DNA of 64,000 nt from Candidatus Bathyarchaeota archaeon. Its GTDB lineage: Archaea; Thermoproteota; Bathyarchaeia; Bathyarchaeales; Bathycorpusculaceae. Location of the stretch: contig CAVYHV010000013.1 of the NCBI GenBank assembly GCA_963768425.1, positions 1-64,000 of the forward strand. The letters are read 5' to 3'. Shown piece after piece: positions 11,483 to 24,264 of this stretch; the first letter of the stretch is position 1, and each line of letters begins with the position of its first letter. A program made the position numbers and the translations under genes. The notes below the pieces were generated by a model, which made no database searches, was not told where the DNA came from, and saw nothing but the letters and a program-made list of their open reading frames with translations.

Positions 11483-13617
11483 CTACTGACTTTGATTATT
11501 TGCGGCTTTGCGAGTTGTTTTTGGCTGGTAGACACACCATGGATCTTCAGTTAGATAATCGCTTTTTAACTCTGTAGGTTCATGGAGGTCTCCGCAGTAA
11601 TCTATAAAGTCGTTTGAGAGACCATAGGCGCGGGCTCGGCAGCCACCACATAAGGAGCGGTATTCACAGACCCCGCATTTGCCCTTCAAGCGAATTAGGG
11701 TCTCTTAGAGCTTTGAAGATTTTTGAGTTGAACCATATTTCTTTAAAGCTTTTTTCCCGTATATTTCCCAGCTTAATTGGTAGGTAGGGGCAGGGTGTTA
11801 CGTCTCCGTTGGGGTAAATGCGGCAATAGTATAATCCAGCGATGCAACCGCGAATCCACTGTCGCATATCTAAGCCCATGTCTTTGGCGATTCGCATAAA
11901 CTGCGGTGCACAGGAAGGTCTCACGTTTAATTTGTGATTGGCGGTTTTTGCGAAGGTTTTTGTAATCATTTCCTCATATTTTTCTGGGGAAATATCGGTT
12001 AATTTTGTTCCTCGCCCAGTTGGAACAAGGAAAAACAAGTGGAAGTTTTCAACGCCTATGTTTTCAGCCAATGACATTATGTCGTCTATTTGATTGTAGT
12101 TCTGCTGGGTTAAGGTTGTGTTGACTTGAACAAGCACATTGTTTTTTCTCAAAGCCTTGCAGGCTTCAACCGCTTTCTCCCATGCGCCAGCCACTCCTCT
12201 AAACTCGTCATGCTGCGCTGGAATATTGGAATCCAAGCTGATGGAAACAGTGGCTATGCCCGCTTCCTTTAGTTTTCTTGCCACTGTCTCATCAATGAGG
12301 CTTCCGTTGCTTCCCAGCCCCATCTTCAAACCTTTCTTTGAGCCGTAGCTGATTAGTTCAAAAATGTCTTGGCGCAAAAGAGGTTCACCGCCACTTAGTA
12401 TTAACAGTGGCGCGCTAACTTGGTAGATTTGATCCATGAGATTTTTGGCTTCTTGAGTGGTTAATTCATTGTCAAGTTTTTTCTCTGTAGCGTTGATGTA
12501 GCAATGGGAGCATTTCATGTTGCATTCGCGCGTGACGTTCCAGGACATAACAAGGGGAACAAACCGTTCAGACGTCTTTGCCACAGGTGAGTATGCAAGT
12601 TTTAGGTAAAACTCGCAGTTGCCATGTGTCGCTATTCGTTTAGGCTGCCAAAGCGTAAATGGGAAAGGAAGAACCGTGTCCAGCATTGCTTTGGCATGAG
12701 CAAAACAGAAATGGGTGCAAAACAGCGAAGACACTTGAGGGTTTACACCGTATTTTTCCTGGGCATATGTGTGGCTTCCAAAAATTGGGCAATTCAAAAA
12801 CTCCATGTGCCCATCCAAAGTGTCTGTGGACATGGTGTAATTGATGAAGTGGTCGCTTAACATGATTGATTGCAGTTTTTCTCTTCGCATGCCAACTTTA
12901 AGCGTTACGTCAAGAGCTATGTTAACTGTTTCTTGACCGAACTTGTCCTGCACCCTCTGCATTGCATTCTCAAGCGTTGGCAAGTCGATGTTTTTTGCCA
13001 GTTCAGCCGTGACTAGTAAACCCTTGATTGTTTCGTACTCTTGAATTAAGCGCATCCGTACAATCTGCTCTGTCCAGTCACGAAACAATTTTTTTAATGC
13101 TGCAGACGCCTCGGGGTTTTTGTTGTTTAAGCAGGCTTTCGACTGTTTTGTTTTCTTTCTTTAAGTTTGTGAAAAGATTGATTTTTTCAGCTGTTCCAAG
13201 ATGTGGAGTTGAGGCTATTTGCTGAAAATTTAAGCTAAAAGGGGTGATTTCCTTGGTTAGTTCTTTCGCGTCAGATTCAAAGTCGCTGTAAATCTTGCTA
13301 AGCTTTAGGGATATGTCAGGTAAGTCTACATGCAACTCATCAATAAGCATGCGTGTTTCTGATTCCATTTTTGTAACCATAGCCATGTGGTACAAGAGTG
13401 AACCAGCCATGCCTGGGTCAGCTTGTTTGCCGCCGTTTACTCCGGTAAAAATTTGAGAAAACAACCGCTTTGCTAAATCAAAGTCTTCTTCTGTTATGGC
13501 AGTTAAGGCTTGATTGAGTTTTTGTTGCCTTGCAAGCAAAAGTTGCGCCCATTTATGGCATTGTCTCGCGTCGAATTTTGTTAACCCATCCACATCCTTA
13601 AGGTAGTTAAGATTCAC
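11483..13617 (-). CDS. Radical SAM/SPASM protein (AhbC/AhbD/NirJ-like) with a long N-terminal extension; three ORF pieces
   Basis: [59 protein letters not shown]; 13078-13617 overlaps the next ORF by 11 bp and is probably joined to it. Confidence 0.8.
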
Positions 13618-13733
13618 AGTTGAAGGTAAAAAAGGTTAACGGTATGTACTTTGTTTTAATGATAATGCATCTTTAATGAAGCTTGTATTCGATAAGCTAA
13701 TTAAGCTCTAAATGAACATAGCCAGACTAACAG

Positions 13734-14033
13734 GTGAAAAGTTTGAGTTTCGATTGGATTTACGCTTTAATTGGCTTCCTAATAATGTTTGGCTTGTTAG
13801 GCGGCATTGGCATAAACAAGCCTAGAGGAATGAGCGTTAAAATGTGGTGCGTTGGCTACTTAGTGGTTGCAGTTGGTTTTCGATGTGCTTGTAGTTTTAG
13901 GGTTGGTTGGGCAACTATGCGCCTCTTAACAATTTGCTTATTGGGGCTTTCTGCAGGCGCAGCCACAGGGTTAGCCATCCATGTGATGCATCACATCAAT
14001 GAAGAAGATGCACACCCAACAATCATGGGTTAA
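13734..14033 (+). CDS. Small membrane protein
   Basis: Three hydrophobic segments. Confidence 0.5.
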   Translation: MKSLSFDWIYALIGFLIMFGLLGGIGINKPRGMSVKMWCVGYLVVAVGFRCACSFRVGWATMRLLTICLLGLSAGAATGLAIHVMHHINEEDAHPTIMG

Positions 14034-14073
14034 ACTGCCAGAATTTTTTGGAAATTTCCTATGTTTTGGAGAT

Positions 14074-15945
14074 TCAGCTTCTTAATTTGCTCAAGCTTTT
14101 ATCAACATATTCTAATTTCAGCTTAGTTAAGTGTTTCTGAGGTAGGTATGCCGTTTTGGTCCCAGCCTGCTTGATCGTAATATTGCTTTACTTTGTTTTT
14201 TACGCTTGCCTTGTCAGCGGCTTGTCCCTTGCATGGTCCAGTTGGCAGCGGCTCATAGAACCTTTCTGGGTTATCATCGTCAACTGTTGGGTTCCATTTT
14301 AAATCTGGTCCACCTAAAAGCAGAAGAGCCCGTTGTATCTGCAATGTTTTCATTCCGCCGCCGTTTAGCCATCCCTTGCGGCTTAAGTTTTGGCCTGTGA
14401 CTGCATTGTAGAATTCGTATCTGAAGCTTGGACGAAATGCTGAACGAAGTGAAAATGCACATTACTGCTGAATCGTTGAATATTGTCCAAATCTCGCTGC
14501 CCCACCCGTCAATGGGCAAGTCAGTCATAGATGAGTGGTCGCCGCCCTGTACACTGCAAGCGTAGCCAATTTCCCGCGAGAAGTCTCTGCCGCTTCGGAT
14601 GCCGTGCGCGCCGATACTGATGCCTTTGCTAGTTACAGTGTAAGGCAGAAGGTTTTTGCCTTTCATTTTTCCAAGCTTAAGTGCTGCTCGGTAAGTGCCT
14701 TCAGCCAACAAGTCGCCTATGCCTTCTCGTCTGGCAATTTTCTTTGCCAAAGCAGCAAAAGCGTCAGCGTCGCCCCATTTCAGCTCTAAACCATCCAAGT
14801 CAGCCTTGGTTAGGATGCCTCGTTGAAAAAGTTCCGCTGCAAAACCCAAGACGCTGCCCGCCTTGGATGCCGCACATCCCTAAATCTTCAATAAGCGAAG
14901 ATAGGTACACGTTTTCTTCAGGCGTAAACAAGCCCAAATTTGGACCCAGAAAAGCCTGAAGCTCATAGTCAGGGTTATCGGTTATGGCGCCTTTGTATTT
15001 GCCTGAGCGGATGCAGCTGATTTTAAAGCAGTTTGTGGGGCAGCCGAAATCGCTCCATGCAGGTTTTACCCAAACTTTGTTCTCAAACTGGTCCACGCCG
15101 TAGCTTCTTTGGTCATGCCACTCTTCCTGCCAATTGCGAATAGGCTCAGAACTGGTTTCTGCGCCGAAACTGTAGCCTCCTCCGCCAGTTCCCCACCTCC
15201 GCCACAACACGTTACCATAAGAGCCCTTGCAGACTTCATCAATCATCTGCTTGATTTTCTCTAAATCTGCGACTTCAGGCAGCGGACCTGTGCCTTTAAC
15301 CGCCACTGCTTTGAGGTTTTTTGACCCCATGACGGCGCCGTAGCCGCCATATCCAGCCGCATGAGTCCACTTAGCCATAACTACTGAGGTCCGAACTTTC
15401 CGTTCACCAGCAGGTCCAATATAGAGTTTAGCTGGCTCTTTCCAAACACCCACACGTGGATAACGCTCAGCCAACAGCTGCCGGCATTCACGGTTCAACA
15501 AAGTTTCAGTTTGTTTGCCATCTTTACCCCAGATGCAGCTGGCATCCCTGAGCTCCACATCAGAATCTTTAATGAACAGGTAAACTGGTTTCTCAGCTTT
15601 CCCAGACACGATTATGCCGTCGTAACCTGCGCATCGAAGTTCCACCCCGAATTCGCCGCCAACCGTGGAGCCTACCATGCCGTTGCTTTGGGGCGATTTG
15701 CCTGTTACACAAGTTCTGCCGCCTGGGAAATACCCCGTGAAAGGTCCAGGCATAAAAAACAGGATATTTTCAGGTCCAAGCGGGTCAACGTTCTCCCATT
15801 TGCTGATGAGCCTTTCGCTCAGGATTTTTGCGGCTAGCGCTCTGCCTCCAATATAATCTTTAAGCCACTCGTCGGGAAGCGTAATGTCTTTGAAGCTTGA
15901 TTTTGAAAGGTCAACTTCTAAGAATTTTCCAGCGTAACCTAGCAT
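14074..15945 (-). CDS. Tungsten aldehyde:ferredoxin oxidoreductase family protein, multiple frameshifts
   Basis: GYAGKFLEVDLS, YIGGRAL, KSPQS, IGPAGE, GAVMGSKNLKAV, CPTNC, REGIGDLLAEG, YYxxxGWDxNGIP. Confidence 0.9.
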
Positions 15946-16483
15946 TAGAGCAATTCCTCCGCTTTCTCGCCATACAATTTAGTCGCAAGGTTTCTAGTAG
16001 TCTCCTCAGGAGTACGCGCATAAAGCTTAAACTCGTGATCTTCACGGTCGACCACTTTTAAGCAGTTCCAGCCGCCTTCCTGGCAAACTTTGGCGCATTG
16101 GGGGTCGCCGCTGCATAGGTCACAGATCAAAATTTTCTTAGTTTGTGGGTGAACATGCGGAACTTTTCCTGGGCAGGCATCGATGCATTTGCCGCAGCCC
16201 GTGCATTTCTTCACGTTAACGGTGACGGCGCTTGTTTCCTTGTTTACGGCAAGAGCTTTGAACGGGCAAGCCTCAACGCATGGATAGTCCTCGCACTGAG
16301 TGCATAAATGGGGAAATTCTGCGCCTGGCACAAGCATAAACACTCGAACTCTGGATGCTTCAGGCCAAATTTTATTTTCATGATTTAGGAGCAAGCGATT
16401 TCGCATTTGCGGCAGCCACTGCATCTTGAGAATTCTCGGCTAATCCAGATCGGATTGGAGTTCTTTACTGTATTTTCTACCAT
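15945..16483 (-). CDS. 4Fe-4S dicluster subunit partnering the AOR (frameshift near 16390)
   Basis: CSGCRKCEIAC read from ATG 16483, then CTQCEDYPC..CP, CTGCGKCIDACP, CDLC..PQCAKVC. Confidence 0.88.
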
Positions 16484-16736
16484 TCAATATCACTTTATAA
16501 TGGGATTACGCGTCAACAAATCAACCTATAAGAAGAAAAACGTTTTGGAAATATGTGCTTCTAATCGGGCATGATCTTCTGAGCAACTGACGTTCATATA
16601 CTATTACATTTGCCTACACTGCTCTGAAGATACGATGTTACCTCAGGGTGAGAGCCTGAACAATGCGTAGATGCAATTCAGAGGAAAACGCTAAATACCT
16701 ATTCAGCGCTAACTGTGAAAGTACCTGTGAAAAAAC

Positions 16737-17180
16737 TTGGTGCGAAAATCAGTAATTATAGGCTTAGCCGTCGTGCTTATCATCGTAATTGCGGGCGGAT
16801 ACTTTGGCTGGACCTATTATGCGAGCCTAAACCATAATAAATCAACGTCCAACCCCTCAGTGGAGCAAGTGCGAGACATGACAATGACATACATCAAAGC
16901 ACACCATAACGAAACGGCACAGTACATGCAAAGTTTCTCATGGACTGGCGGAGACATAACGCCTGAGGGCCTTGTAGGCGGACAGTGGTATTCTTATCAG
17001 AGTGCAGGCTGGAACGTAACAATCCAGTATCCAGTCGCGTTACCTCCAGGCTCCATCACAATCTACAGTGTGACAGCAAACTATACATCTCAAGTTACAC
17101 ACGGAGCAGTCATCGTTTCTTGGCAGGGCACCCTGCAAAGCGGCATCATCACCGAGACGGCTTACACCTTCAACCCATAA
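16737..17180 (+). CDS. Membrane-anchored secreted hypothetical protein
   Basis: N-terminal TM anchor and a Ser/Thr/aromatic-rich domain. Confidence 0.65.
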   Translation: MVRKSVIIGLAVVLIIVIAGGYFGWTYYASLNHNKSTSNPSVEQVRDMTMTYIKAHHNETAQYMQSFSWTGGDITPEGLVGGQWYSYQSAGWNVTIQYPVALPPGSITIYSVTANYTSQVTHGAVIVSWQGTLQSGIITETAYTFNP

Positions 17181-17481
17181 AAAACAAATCCCAGTTCATA
17201 ATTCTTTCCAACTCTTCAGCCAAAGCTTTGCAAAAAACAATGAGCTTGCAGCTGCTTGATCTGACAGAATAAGATAAAATAGCAGTTAGTTTAATTATCG
17301 TTTCCCATAAAGCGTGATACTATCTGTCTTTTTTCTCATTTTTTTAACGTTATATTTTGCATTAAGATTGGAAAATTAACTAATTTTATTTTAAGTAAAT
17401 ACTTGAATCTATTCGTCATATAAATTGACAACCTTTATATGTAGATAAGAAACACAAATCTTTCCAAAGGATGAGTCATTT

Positions 17482-19419
17482 ATGGGAAAGTCCCTTACAC
17501 GAAAAATAATAGAAAAACATTTACTAGTGGGCGAATACGTACCTGGCAACGAAATAGGCATAAAGATCGATCAAACCCTGACTCAGGACGCCACAGGAAC
17601 GATGGCATACCTGCAGTTCGAGGCAATGGGCCTGAAACAGGTAAAGACCGAGCTTTCCGTCAGCTACGTAGACCACAACACCATCCAAGTGGGTTTTGAG
17701 AACGCCGACGACCACAAGTACCTTCAGACAGTAGCCGCCAAGTACGGCATCATTTACTCAAAGGCTGGAAACGGAATATGCCATCAAGTCCATTTGGAAA
17801 GGTTCGGCAAGCCCGGAAAGACCCTTCTCGGTTCAGACAGCCACACCACCACCGGAGGCGGCATCGGCATGATAGCCATTGGAGCCGGCGGACTAGACGT
17901 CGCTGTAGCCATGGGCGGAGGCGAGTTCTACTTAACATGCCCAAAAGTTTACAAGATAAACCTCACGGGCAGTCTCCAGCCTTGGGTCACCGCCAAAGAC
18001 GTGGTTCTGAAAATGCTCGAGATATTCACAGTGAAGGGCAACGTCGGCGTCATAATGGAATATGCTGGGCCAGGGGTAAAGAACCTCACTGTTCCAGAGA
18101 GAGCCACAATCACTAACATGGGCGCGGAGATGGGTGTCACAACCTCAATATTTCCCTCAGACGAGGAGACAAGGAAGTTCCTCAAGGCACAGGGCAGAGA
18201 AGCCGATTGGGTCGAGCTAAAAGCTGACGACGATGCGGAGTACGACAAGGTCGTAGACCTTGACCTCAGCAAGTTGGAGCCTCTTGCGGCGGCGCCTCAC
18301 AGCCCAGGCAACATAGTCCGAGTAAGCGACATGAAGGATATGAAAGTTGACCAAGTGATGCTTGGCTCCTGCACCAATTCTTCCTACAAAGAAATAGCCA
18401 CCGTAGCCAAAATTATGAAGGGCAAAAAAGTTCATCCAGACGTATCATTCGGAGTTGCTCCAGGCTCAAGACAGGTTCTGCAGATGGCGGCAAGAGACGG
18501 TTACATCGGTGACCTGCTAGATTCTGGCGCTAGACTGCTGGAGGCAACATGTGGATTCTGCATCGGCAACAGCCAGAGTCCCAAGATCCACCGGCGTATC
18601 CCTTAGGACAAGCAACCGAAACTTCGAGGGAAGAAGCGGCACGGCGGATGCACAAGTTTACCTTGTAAGCCCAGAAGTTGCGGCTGTGGCAGCAATCACA
18701 GGCAAAATTGACTGACCCACAGAAAAGCAGGCATCGAGTACCCCAAAGTCAGCATGCCAACCAAATTTCTCATAGACGACTCCATGTTTATTTTCCCCAA
18801 AGACGCTGACAAAAACGTTGAGATAGTCAGAGGACCAAACATCGGCGCGCCACCAACCAACGACACAATGCCTGAGCAAATAAAAGGGGTTATCGGCATA
18901 AAAGTCGGCGACAAAATCACAACGGACCACATAATGCCCGCTGGAGCCAGACTCAAATACCGCTCCAACGTGCCCAGAATACTCAAAATATGTTTTCGAA
19001 CCGATAGACAAAGCATTCCCAACCAGAGCAATGGAAGCCAAAAAGAAAGGGTTAGCCACACAGTCATAGTCGCAGGCGAATCATATGGTCAAGGAAGTTC
19101 CAGAGAGCACGCTGCACTATGCCCCATGTACCTCGGCGTCAAGGCAATCATAGCCAAGTCGGTGGAGCGAATCCACGCGGCCAACCTTGTAAACTTCGGC
19201 ATAATCTCACTGTCTTTCAAAAACATGGCTGACTATGACAAGATAGAGCAGGGCGACGAGATTGAAATACCAGACATCAAGAAGAAACTGCAGAACAACG
19301 AGCCAGTCATCTTAGTGAACAAGACCAAGAACCTGCAAATCGAGCTTGGATACAACCTTTCCCAGAGACAGAAAGACATTCTTTACGCGGGCGGCCTGCT
19401 CCCATACACCGTTAAGTAA
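17482..19419 (+). CDS. acn: Aconitate hydratase (frameshifted)
   Basis: [63 protein letters not shown]. Confidence 0.93.
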
Positions 19420-19437
19420 GAAAAAAGAGGAATCTCA

Positions 19438-20655
19438 ATGAGCAAAATAAAGGTAAAGACACCAATCGTCGAGATAGACGGAGACGAAATGACCAGAGTA
19501 ATGTGGCACATGGTCAAAGACCAGCTCCTTTTGCCCTACTTGGATATGAACCTTGCATACTACGACCTCCAGCTAAAGAAGAGGGACGAGACTGACGACA
19601 AAATAACCCTTGAAGCAGCGGAGGCAATAAAAAAATACGGTGTCGCCGTGAAATGCGCCACCATCACGCCGAACAAGGACCGGGTTAAGGAATACAACCT
19701 GAAGCAGGAGTGGAGTAGCCCCAACGGAACAATCAGAGCCGCGCTTGATGGCACGGTCTTCAGGGCGCCCATCATGGTGAAGAATATATTACCAGCCGTC
19801 AGGTCCTGGAAGAAACCAATCCACATCGGAAGGCACGCCTACGGTGATGTGTATAAAAATTGCGAGTATAGAGTCCCAGAGCCTGGAAAAGCCGAGATGG
19901 TGTTCACGAACGCCGCTGGCAAGGAACTTTGGCGCGGAACCATTCAGGACTTTAAAGGTCCGGGCATAATTCAAGGCATTCATAACACCGATAAATCCAT
20001 ATCCAGCTTCGCTAAAGCCTGCTTCACTTACGCTTATGACCAGAAACTTCACGTGTGGTTTGGTGCTAAAGACACTATTTCCAAGACCTATGACGCGCAA
20101 TTTCGTAAGATCTTCGAAGAGGAATACAAGAATAATTGGAAAGCGAAATACGAGGAAGCGGGGCTTGAATATTTCTTTACCCTAATCGATGATGCTGTTG
20201 CTAGGATAATGAAGACCGAGGGAGGTATGCTCTGGGCATGCAAGAACTACGATGGCGACGTTATGAGCGACATGCTGGGCTCAGCTTATGGCAGCCTAGC
20301 GATGATGACCTCCGTTCTTGTTAGCCCTCAGGGATATTACGAGTTTGAAGCTTCTCATGGTACAGTCCAGAAGCACTACTACAAATACCTGAAAGGTGAA
20401 AAGACCTCAAGCAACTCCATGGCCCTAATATTTGCTTGGACCGGTTGCCTCAGAAAGAGGGGCGAACTGGATAAGACACCAGACGTTGTGGAATTCGCGA
20501 AAAAGCTGGAAGAGGCAGCTATCGAGACTGTTGAAAGCGGCATCATGACTGGCGATTTGATGCTTGTTGCCACACCTGACCCAAAGAACAGGAAGGTTTA
20601 TACCGAAGAGTTTATTGCCGAGGTGGCAAAAAGGCTCAAAAAGAAACTTAAGTAG
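19438..20655 (+). CDS. icd: NADP-dependent isocitrate dehydrogenase (type II)
   Basis: [45 protein letters not shown]. Confidence 0.95.
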   Translation: MSKIKVKTPIVEIDGDEMTRVMWHMVKDQLLLPYLDMNLAYYDLQLKKRDETDDKITLEAAEAIKKYGVAVKCATITPNKDRVKEYNLKQEWSSPNGTIRAALDGTVFRAPIMVKNILPAVRSWKKPIHIGRHAYGDVYKNCEYRVPEPGKAEMVFTNAAGKELWRGTIQDFKGPGIIQGIHNTDKSISSFAKACFTYAYDQKLHVWFGAKDTISKTYDAQFRKIFEEEYKNNWKAKYEEAGLEYFFTLIDDAVARIMKTEGGMLWACKNYDGDVMSDMLGSAYGSLAMMTSVLVSPQGYYEFEASHGTVQKHYYKYLKGEKTSSNSMALIFAWTGCLRKRGELDKTPDVVEFAKKLEEAAIETVESGIMTGDLMLVATPDPKNRKVYTEEFIAEVAKRLKKKLK

Positions 20656-20667
20656 AGAGAGATATGA

Positions 20668-21981
20668 ATGGCGCACAAAGCAATCAGAGAAGCCGACGGC
20701 AAGCGCATGCTCGCCCGTCTGTTTAAGGACTACTCTGAAGGAAAATACGAATTCCAAGATAAAATTGTCACAGTCGGACCAGATACCGACATGACGAAGC
20801 TGCCGAATCAGTACAAGTGGCTAACGACTGAGAAGTTGGTCGTCAAACCCGACCAGCTGATAAAGCGCAGGGGAAAGAACAACCTCATCCTTGTCGGCGC
20901 GAACTACGACCAAGCCAGGGCGTGGATAGCAGAGAAGTCTAAGGGACCGATAACAATCTACGGCAAGTTTGATGCCAACGGAAAACCTGTAGACAAAGGA
21001 ACAGTTGGACAACTTACGCACTTTATCATCGAGCCAATGATACCGCACAAGGATTCGGACGAATGCTACCTCGCCATAATGTCAACTAAGATCGGCGACA
21101 CCATCATGTTCTACCATCAAGGCGGGGTAAACGTCGGGGATGTCGACACCAAAGCAGCACGCTTGGAAGTACCCATCGGTACATTTCCAACATCAGCAGA
21201 AATCGAGAAAAAACTTCTGCAAAAAGTTCCTGTTGACCGCAAGAAGCAACTTTCTGGCTTCATAGAGGCGCTGTTCAAATTCTATGCCGACCTGAACTTC
21301 ACCTATTTGGAAATGAACCCGATTGTTGTGACGAAGGATAAGATTATTCCACTGGACCTCGCAGCTAAACTGGATAGCACTGCCGAGTTCGAGAGTGGCG
21401 AGAAGTGGGGCAACATAGAGTTTCCCGCACCCTTCGGCAGGACCCCCACAAAAGAAGAAGCTTTCATTGAAGATTTAGACTCCAAGACTGGGGCTTCTCT
21501 CAAGCTAACTGTTCTCAATCCTGACGGAAGGGTCTGGACAATGGTAGCAGGCGGAGGTGCATCAGTCATATACGCGGACACTATCACCGATCTTGGCTAT
21601 ATGAACGAATTAGCCAATTACGGCGAATATTCCGGGGATCCGAGCGAAGAGTTCACCTATCTCTACGCCAAAACAATACTCGACCTCATGACCAGGAAGA
21701 TAAATCCAAAGGGCAAGTTCCTGCTTATAGGCGGCGGAATAGCGAATTTCACTGACGTCGCCAATACCTTCAAAGGCATAATCAAAGCCCTTAAGGAGTA
21801 CCAGAAGAATCTTCAGGAGAACAAGGTTAAAATCTACGTCCGCAGAGGAGGGCCAAACTATCAGGAAGGTCTCTGTCAAATGAGGGCGCTCGGTGAGAAG
21901 CTAGGCGTGCCGATTGAAGTGTATGGACCAGAAACCCATATGACCAAGATTGTTTCCATGGCTTTGAAAGGAGCAAAGTAA
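20668..21981 (+). CDS. aclB: ATP-citrate lyase, ATP-grasp/citrate-binding subunit
   Basis: MAHKAIREADGK, VVKPDQLIKRRGK, WTMVAGGGASVIYAD, ANYGEYSG, GGGIANFT, VRRGGPNYQEGL. Confidence 0.95.
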   Translation: MAHKAIREADGKRMLARLFKDYSEGKYEFQDKIVTVGPDTDMTKLPNQYKWLTTEKLVVKPDQLIKRRGKNNLILVGANYDQARAWIAEKSKGPITIYGKFDANGKPVDKGTVGQLTHFIIEPMIPHKDSDECYLAIMSTKIGDTIMFYHQGGVNVGDVDTKAARLEVPIGTFPTSAEIEKKLLQKVPVDRKKQLSGFIEALFKFYADLNFTYLEMNPIVVTKDKIIPLDLAAKLDSTAEFESGEKWGNIEFPAPFGRTPTKEEAFIEDLDSKTGASLKLTVLNPDGRVWTMVAGGGASVIYADTITDLGYMNELANYGEYSGDPSEEFTYLYAKTILDLMTRKINPKGKFLLIGGGIANFTDVANTFKGIIKALKEYQKNLQENKVKIYVRRGGPNYQEGLCQMRALGEKLGVPIEVYGPETHMTKIVSMALKGAK

Positions 21982-21982
21982 C

Positions 21983-23834
21983 ATGGCAAAGACAGAATCA
22001 GCAAAGAAAAAAAACCATGAACTTTTCAACAAGAACACCCAATCATTCATTTACAACAATCAGGTTGCCGCAACACAGCGGATGCTGGACTTCGACTATG
22101 CGTCAGGCCGCGATACGCCATCAGTCGCAGCAATAATTAACCCCACTGGCACTGACAGCTTTGCAAAGTTCTTCTTCGGCAAGCGCGAAATTCTAATACC
22201 TATATACAAGACCATCGAAAAGGCAGCAAAGATGCATCCTAACGTTGACGTTATGATAAACTTCGCCTCCTTCAGGTCGGCCGCACCCTCAACTGAGGAA
22301 GCGCTGTCCATACCGCAGATACGGACCATTGTGATAATTGCGGAAGGAGTGCCTGAGAGGCGAATGAAACTGCTCACAGCCAAGGCCAAAGCTCTTGGAA
22401 AAGTCATCATCGGCCCCGCGACTGTCGGAGGAATAAAAGCCGGCTGCTTCAAAATTGGCAACGCTGGCGGCACAATCGAAAACATCATCGACTCCAAGCT
22501 TCACAGACCCGGTTCCGTGGGATTCGTATCTAAATCGGGCGGTCTAAGCAACGAGGCATATAACATCATCGCAAGGAACACGGATGGGCTGTACGAGGGC
22601 ATAGCTATCGGCGGAGACACGTATCCTGGCTCCACACTTCTCGATCATCTTCTTAGATTTGAGAATATTCCCGAAATCAAAATGCTGGTGTGCTTGGGCG
22701 AAGTAGGCGGCAGCCGCTGAATACGAGATCGCCGAGGCACTTAAAAACAAGAAGATAACAAAGCCACTGGTGATTTGGGTTACAGGAACATGCTCCAAGG
22801 CATTCAAAACGGAAGTTCAGTTTGGCCATGCAGGCGCAAAAGCAGGCTGTGAAGTGGAAACTGCTGACGCAAAGAACGCGGCGTCTAAGAAACGCTGGAG
22901 CCATAGTTCCCAACTCATATGACGATTACGACCAGAAAATAAAGGAAACATACGAGAGCCTGGTCAGCAAGGGCGTAATCAAGCCAAAGCCAGAACCGCC
23001 AGTGCCGAAGGTCCCAATGGACTACGCTAAGGCGCTAAAAGAAGGGCTAATCAGGAAGCCTTCAAATTTTATCTGCACGATTTCAGACGACCGAGGTGAA
23101 GAACTGCTTTACGGCAAAATGCCGATTTCCGAGGTCTTCAAAAAGGACATAGGAATCGGCGGGGTACTCAGCATCCTGTGGTTCAAGCGCCAGTTTCCAG
23201 CGTACGCAACCAAATTCATAGAGATGGCTATTATGGTTACAGCTGACCATGGACCTGCAGTGTCAGGTGCTCATAACGCCATAGTCGCGGCTAGGGCAGG
23301 CAAGGACCTGATTTCCTCAGTCGCAAGCGGTATGCTTACAATCGGACCAAGGTTCGGAGGCGCAATCGACGGTGCAGCCCAAATGTTCTCTGACGCATAT
23401 GACAGAGGATTAACTCCTGCTCAGTTCGTTGAGGAAATGAAGGAGAAGGGTGAGAACATCCAAGGCATCGGGCACTTGATGAAGAGCATAAACAACCCTG
23501 ACAAGCGAGTGACCATCATGAAGGAATACGCTAAGAAACACTTCAAAGCACCCCGCTTCTGGACTACGCCCTTGAAGTGGAGAAGGTCACGACAGCCAAA
23601 AAAGACAACCTTATCCTGAACGTGGACGGCTGCATCGGAGTTTGCTTTGTCGACATGTTAAGAAACGAGATGCCAAAGAATGAAGCCGATGAATACATTC
23701 AGATAGGCGCCCTAAACGGCTTGTTCGTGGTTGGCAGAACCATCGGCATGACGGCGCATGTCCTGGACCAGAAGCGGCTCAAGCAAGGACTCTACAGACA
23801 CCCATGGGACGACATCACATACATGACAGAATAG
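21983..23834 (+). CDS. aclA: ATP-citrate lyase, CoA-binding/CoA-ligase/citryl-CoA lyase subunit (several frameshifts)
   Basis: [23 protein letters not shown], catalytic QFGHAGA read at about 22818-22838, [34 protein letters not shown]. Confidence 0.95.
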
Positions 23835-23893
23835 GCACATCTTGAACCCAGCGTTCGACAGTGTTCAGCCGTTTTTCATTGCACGCTGAGCAT

Positions 23894-24160
23894 TCAGCCT
23901 GTTAGCTCAGTATCAAACAATTTACACTTTTTAATAAAAGGCCTTTTATTATTCAACGTTGACTCATGATCCCAACATCTGAGCCACTCTAAATGGTCAT
24001 CGCCGTCAAGCCACTCAATATGAGGTTTTTCGGCACTGTTCAAAGGCTCAAACCGAACAAAATGACGACCATCAGATGTCCTAAACAAAACAGCTTTAAA
24101 ATCACCAAAGTCACTGATGCCTTCAGCAATCTTTTCCATTTTGCTAAATCCGCTCATCAA
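23894..24160 (-). CDS. Hypothetical protein
   Basis: 88-aa ORF convergent on aclA. Confidence 0.45.
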   Translation of the reverse strand: MMSGFSKMEKIAEGISDFGDFKAVLFRTSDGRHFVRFEPLNSAEKPHIEWLDGDDHLEWLRCWDHESTLNNKRPFIKKCKLFDTELTG

Positions 24161-24264
24161 GAAAATATTCTTTAAATTTACATATAAAATTAACCCAAAT
24201 TAGGGTTCCAAGGGTTGAAACCTGAAAAATAGCTCCGAGGAAGGAATTCAAAACCATATGAAAA

